From Phoronis australis (taxonomy: Eukaryota > Animalia > Phoronida): a DNA stretch of 64,000 bases. The notes below the pieces were generated by a model. The model did not search any database. It was not told the DNA's origin and was given only the letters and a program-made list of their open reading frames with translations. Made by a program: the position numbers and the translations under genes. Of the stretch, positions 61,173 to 64,000 are shown one piece after another. The number at the start of each line of letters is the position of its first letter. Positions within the stretch are counted from its first letter, which is position 1. The stretch spans positions 124,442 to 188,441 of the forward strand of contig NMRA01000485.1 of NCBI GenBank assembly GCA_002633005.1, given 5' to 3'.

Positions 61173-61214
61173 CATGGGTGGCGCACCACTTTTTCCAGTG
61201 CTGCGCCGCCCATG
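61173..61214. mobile_element. Micro-MITE family B, 42-bp copy
   Basis: CATGGGTGGCGCA-16 nt-TGCGCCGCCCATG; flanks CCATG/TCATG. Confidence 0.75.
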
Positions 61215-62381
61215 TCATGAACAGAACTGAAACACCTCCGAGGGATAGTGGAGGACTTGTCGCCAGAACAGAACGCATTTTCAAGCTAAACCGGCGTTCC
61301 AATTGAAACATCTTAGCCATAACGTTTTAAAGTCATGGGCGTGTGAATAGAGCTATAAAGAGGATTTATTTATTGAATTTCATGTTATGGTGTAACATAG
61401 ATAACAGATTCAAAAACTCCTATATTTTCTCATGGAATTCCCAGATGAGGCGCTACTCTTTTCCAATCGACAACCATACTTCCGGTTAGTGAGCAGACGA
61501 CGTAATCACACCGATTCGATACAATAATCGGAGTTAGCTTCCGAACGACTTCACTATGCTTTTGCAATGAATTTACCGCACAAACCATATTTTGTAATGA
61601 CTTGAACTATTTAGGCGATCCTATCAAACTTTAAGGCTAGCTCCGTGGCTAGTCACTGGCGAACTTGCAACTGTCCTCATGATCGCATCTCCCGTTCATT
61701 TCTTTGATGGTAAACGAAACCGTGTAATTGTCGTCAAAAGTTCAGTGCGTTTTTCATTCAGGGGCAATTATGGTATGAGTATGTTTCATAGATAGGATTG
61801 AAGTTACAAGTATCAACCAATCAAAAAATGGACCAGGGTTTATCATGTTGGGAAAATTGAAAAGTTTGATAATTGATTATTCAGATACGGTGTGCGGTGA
61901 AGTCAGTGGTGAATGGCCACAGAGGAGGTAAGAAATTAATCTTCGATGCATACGTCTTCATGGTTTTACGCTCGCGAAAAAAATATTTCTATTGCTTTTA
62001 AATTCTGTGAGAAAAGACGAGGGTCAGATTTAGAGGGAAATCTCAGTGTTGTCAATTCACATATTGTCATATGCGAAATAGCCCACATTTTCCCGTTCGA
62101 CTAAAAACAAAAAACAATTTCGGGTGCTTTTGGGTGTTACTTCTCTCGTTCAACAAAAAACACTGTCGGGTGTTTTCTTGTGTTGGGGTGAACAGTTCAT
62201 ATTGGCATAGGCCAGATGTCCCGCTTTTTATTCGGAAGTCCAGCTTTTTAATCCAGTTGTCCCGTTTTTTCATTGTGGAATGTTTACCGTGACAGTTATG
62301 CAACAGGTGTTCATACTAACGTTGTCTCTTTGATATGAATCGACTTTTTTAGTGACACAACAATCGTAAAAATGTGTTCTG

Positions 62382-62782
62382 GACCCGGTCTCCAATCTTT
62401 TTACTCGAAATGGAACTCGAAATTAAGTTTGGCATTTTCTACTCTACTTTTGGGCGAAATCAAGATAAGTGTCTATTATTCTATGCTCGAGTACACAATA
62501 ACTTACGTAGATAATTTATTTCCCTTAGTTCTTAGTTTGTAAACCCAATATTAAAGCAATAAGTTCGAGTTTGAACTCGAAATTTCGAGTTTTTACTCGA
62601 GTTTGTGCCACGAATATAAGGGTCTTCAAGGGCAAACTTGAACTAGAAACTCCTATGCATAAATTATAATGTATTCGAGCACAGTCTGATAACCAATTAT
62701 CTTAAGTTCGCACAAAAGGAGCAGAGAAATTGCCAAAAATGGTTTCGAGTTCGTTTCGAGTACAAAGATTAGAGACCGGGCC
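62382..62782. mobile_element. PIF/Harbinger-type MITE with long TIRs
   Basis: About 80 bp imperfect TIR (GACCCGGTCTCCAATCTTTTTACTCGAAA... / ...TTTCGAGTACAAAGATTAGAGACCGGGCC), a 3-bp TSD CTG/CTG and internal (A)CTCGA motifs. Confidence 0.85.
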
Positions 62783-63587
62783 CTGGTCTCTCTGTTTACG
62801 GTAACGCACACTACATTTATGGCAATCACTAACTTTTACATTCTGAAGAAATGAGTTTATTTCTTGACTTCAACGGGAAGTCCTACACTGCAACCAATGT
62901 ACGTAATGGGCTACGGTTTATCCACGCAGTTATGTAATAGATGTTTGTTCATTTTCATTTCTCAGAAAACATGTATTTGCAACGCGTGGATAGGTAGTTG
63001 GAGTAATACGTTCATCGCATTTTTGTTTGTGTCACTGAATCCTGAAATTTTACTGAATAATGTTATGCTATCAAAATGAACCAACGGTCCAATTAATATA
63101 TAAATTATTATCGACGAATGGTTTGCTAAATTCTTCACAGCAGGAATTCATATTCTAAACTCTTTGCTTTAGGGTAGTAGTCTTTTGAATTAATTCAGTG
63201 TTGTTTCAACTAGTCATTTACATAACATCTCTGGTTCCTTTCCTTTTGAATGGTACTATTACACTCTGTTATTTTTCGAATTTTGGCAACACTTTTGGTT
63301 TTTAGAATTTCAAAAATATTTTTAATCTGTCAAATATGTGAAAGGATACTTATACATTACGTATGCAAGCAAATCCCACGCTTGCGCGGCGCAACATCAC
63401 CAGCGCGAGATCGAAGTTGGCTTTCCTGCAAGTCGACAGTCCTATGCTTACGGGGCACTGCACAATTCTCACTGGGTTTTGCCTAGCAATACACACATCA
63501 AACGAGTTATCACATTTTCTTCACTTTGTCGATTTTGTATGCAAACAATGACGTGTTTTCAGTCATTTCACATGAAGCCCTAAAGAT

Positions 63588-63833
63588 GAGCTCAGAAACC
63601 ACTTTGTGTCTTGTATTTTTGGCCCTTTCACTCCTACTGAAAAGCAAGGTAGGCTAAGAAAAATGGGCAAAAACTCAAAGTCCACACTTTTCACCCCAAA
63701 ACCACCACAATCCTGCCGATGTACGAAATAAGCCTACATTAGATTCTTAAAGCAAACTTCCAATCGATTCCAAAATGTGTCCCAACAGTACTGTCAACCA
63801 ATTGTTTGCAATTCTGTCTTGTTTGAAGGCTGC
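63588..63833 (+). repeat. Unclassified dispersed repeat, copy 2
   Basis: Collinear with 45977-46233. Confidence 0.85.
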
Positions 63834-64000
63834 CATGAATTTTCATGAAGTTATTTAAGTGCCTGCATTTGCTATGACGTACAACTATCCCAACAAAACA
63901 GTTTATGTTACATAACAATTCCGGGACATCTTGTGTTTTTGTTTACTGTGTCACTACCAGTGCTTACTCATAGTGAAATCCAATATGCGAGACAGCTGTC

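Overview
This is AT-rich, gene-poor eukaryotic DNA, most consistent with an invertebrate animal. It shows spliceosomal signals, LINEs, SINEs and MITEs, and no prokaryotic gene structure, so almost all ORFs in the track are spurious. The one confident host gene feature is the first coding exon (minus strand, 21459-21070) of an SLC12A/NKCC-type cation-chloride cotransporter. Its first intron appears to run more than 21 kb off the left edge of the window. The rest is intronic or intergenic DNA packed with transposon relics: a decayed 3.1 kb L1/Tx1-type LINE ending in a (TACA)n tail, a CR1/L2-type LINE 3' fragment, a decayed THAP zinc-finger ORF, at least two tRNA-derived SINE families and several MITE families. 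Two of the MITE families consistently show unusual 5-bp target-site duplications (hAT5-like), and one has copies as small as 42 bp. Two local duplications coincide with single-N scaffold joins and may be uncollapsed haplotypes. More speculative signals are a phased array of four perfect CArG boxes in the cotransporter intron, a CTCF-like motif carried by a SINE, and a GC-rich tandem pair with a partial HDV-ribozyme-like topology. I see no solid evidence for a wholly new multi-gene system.
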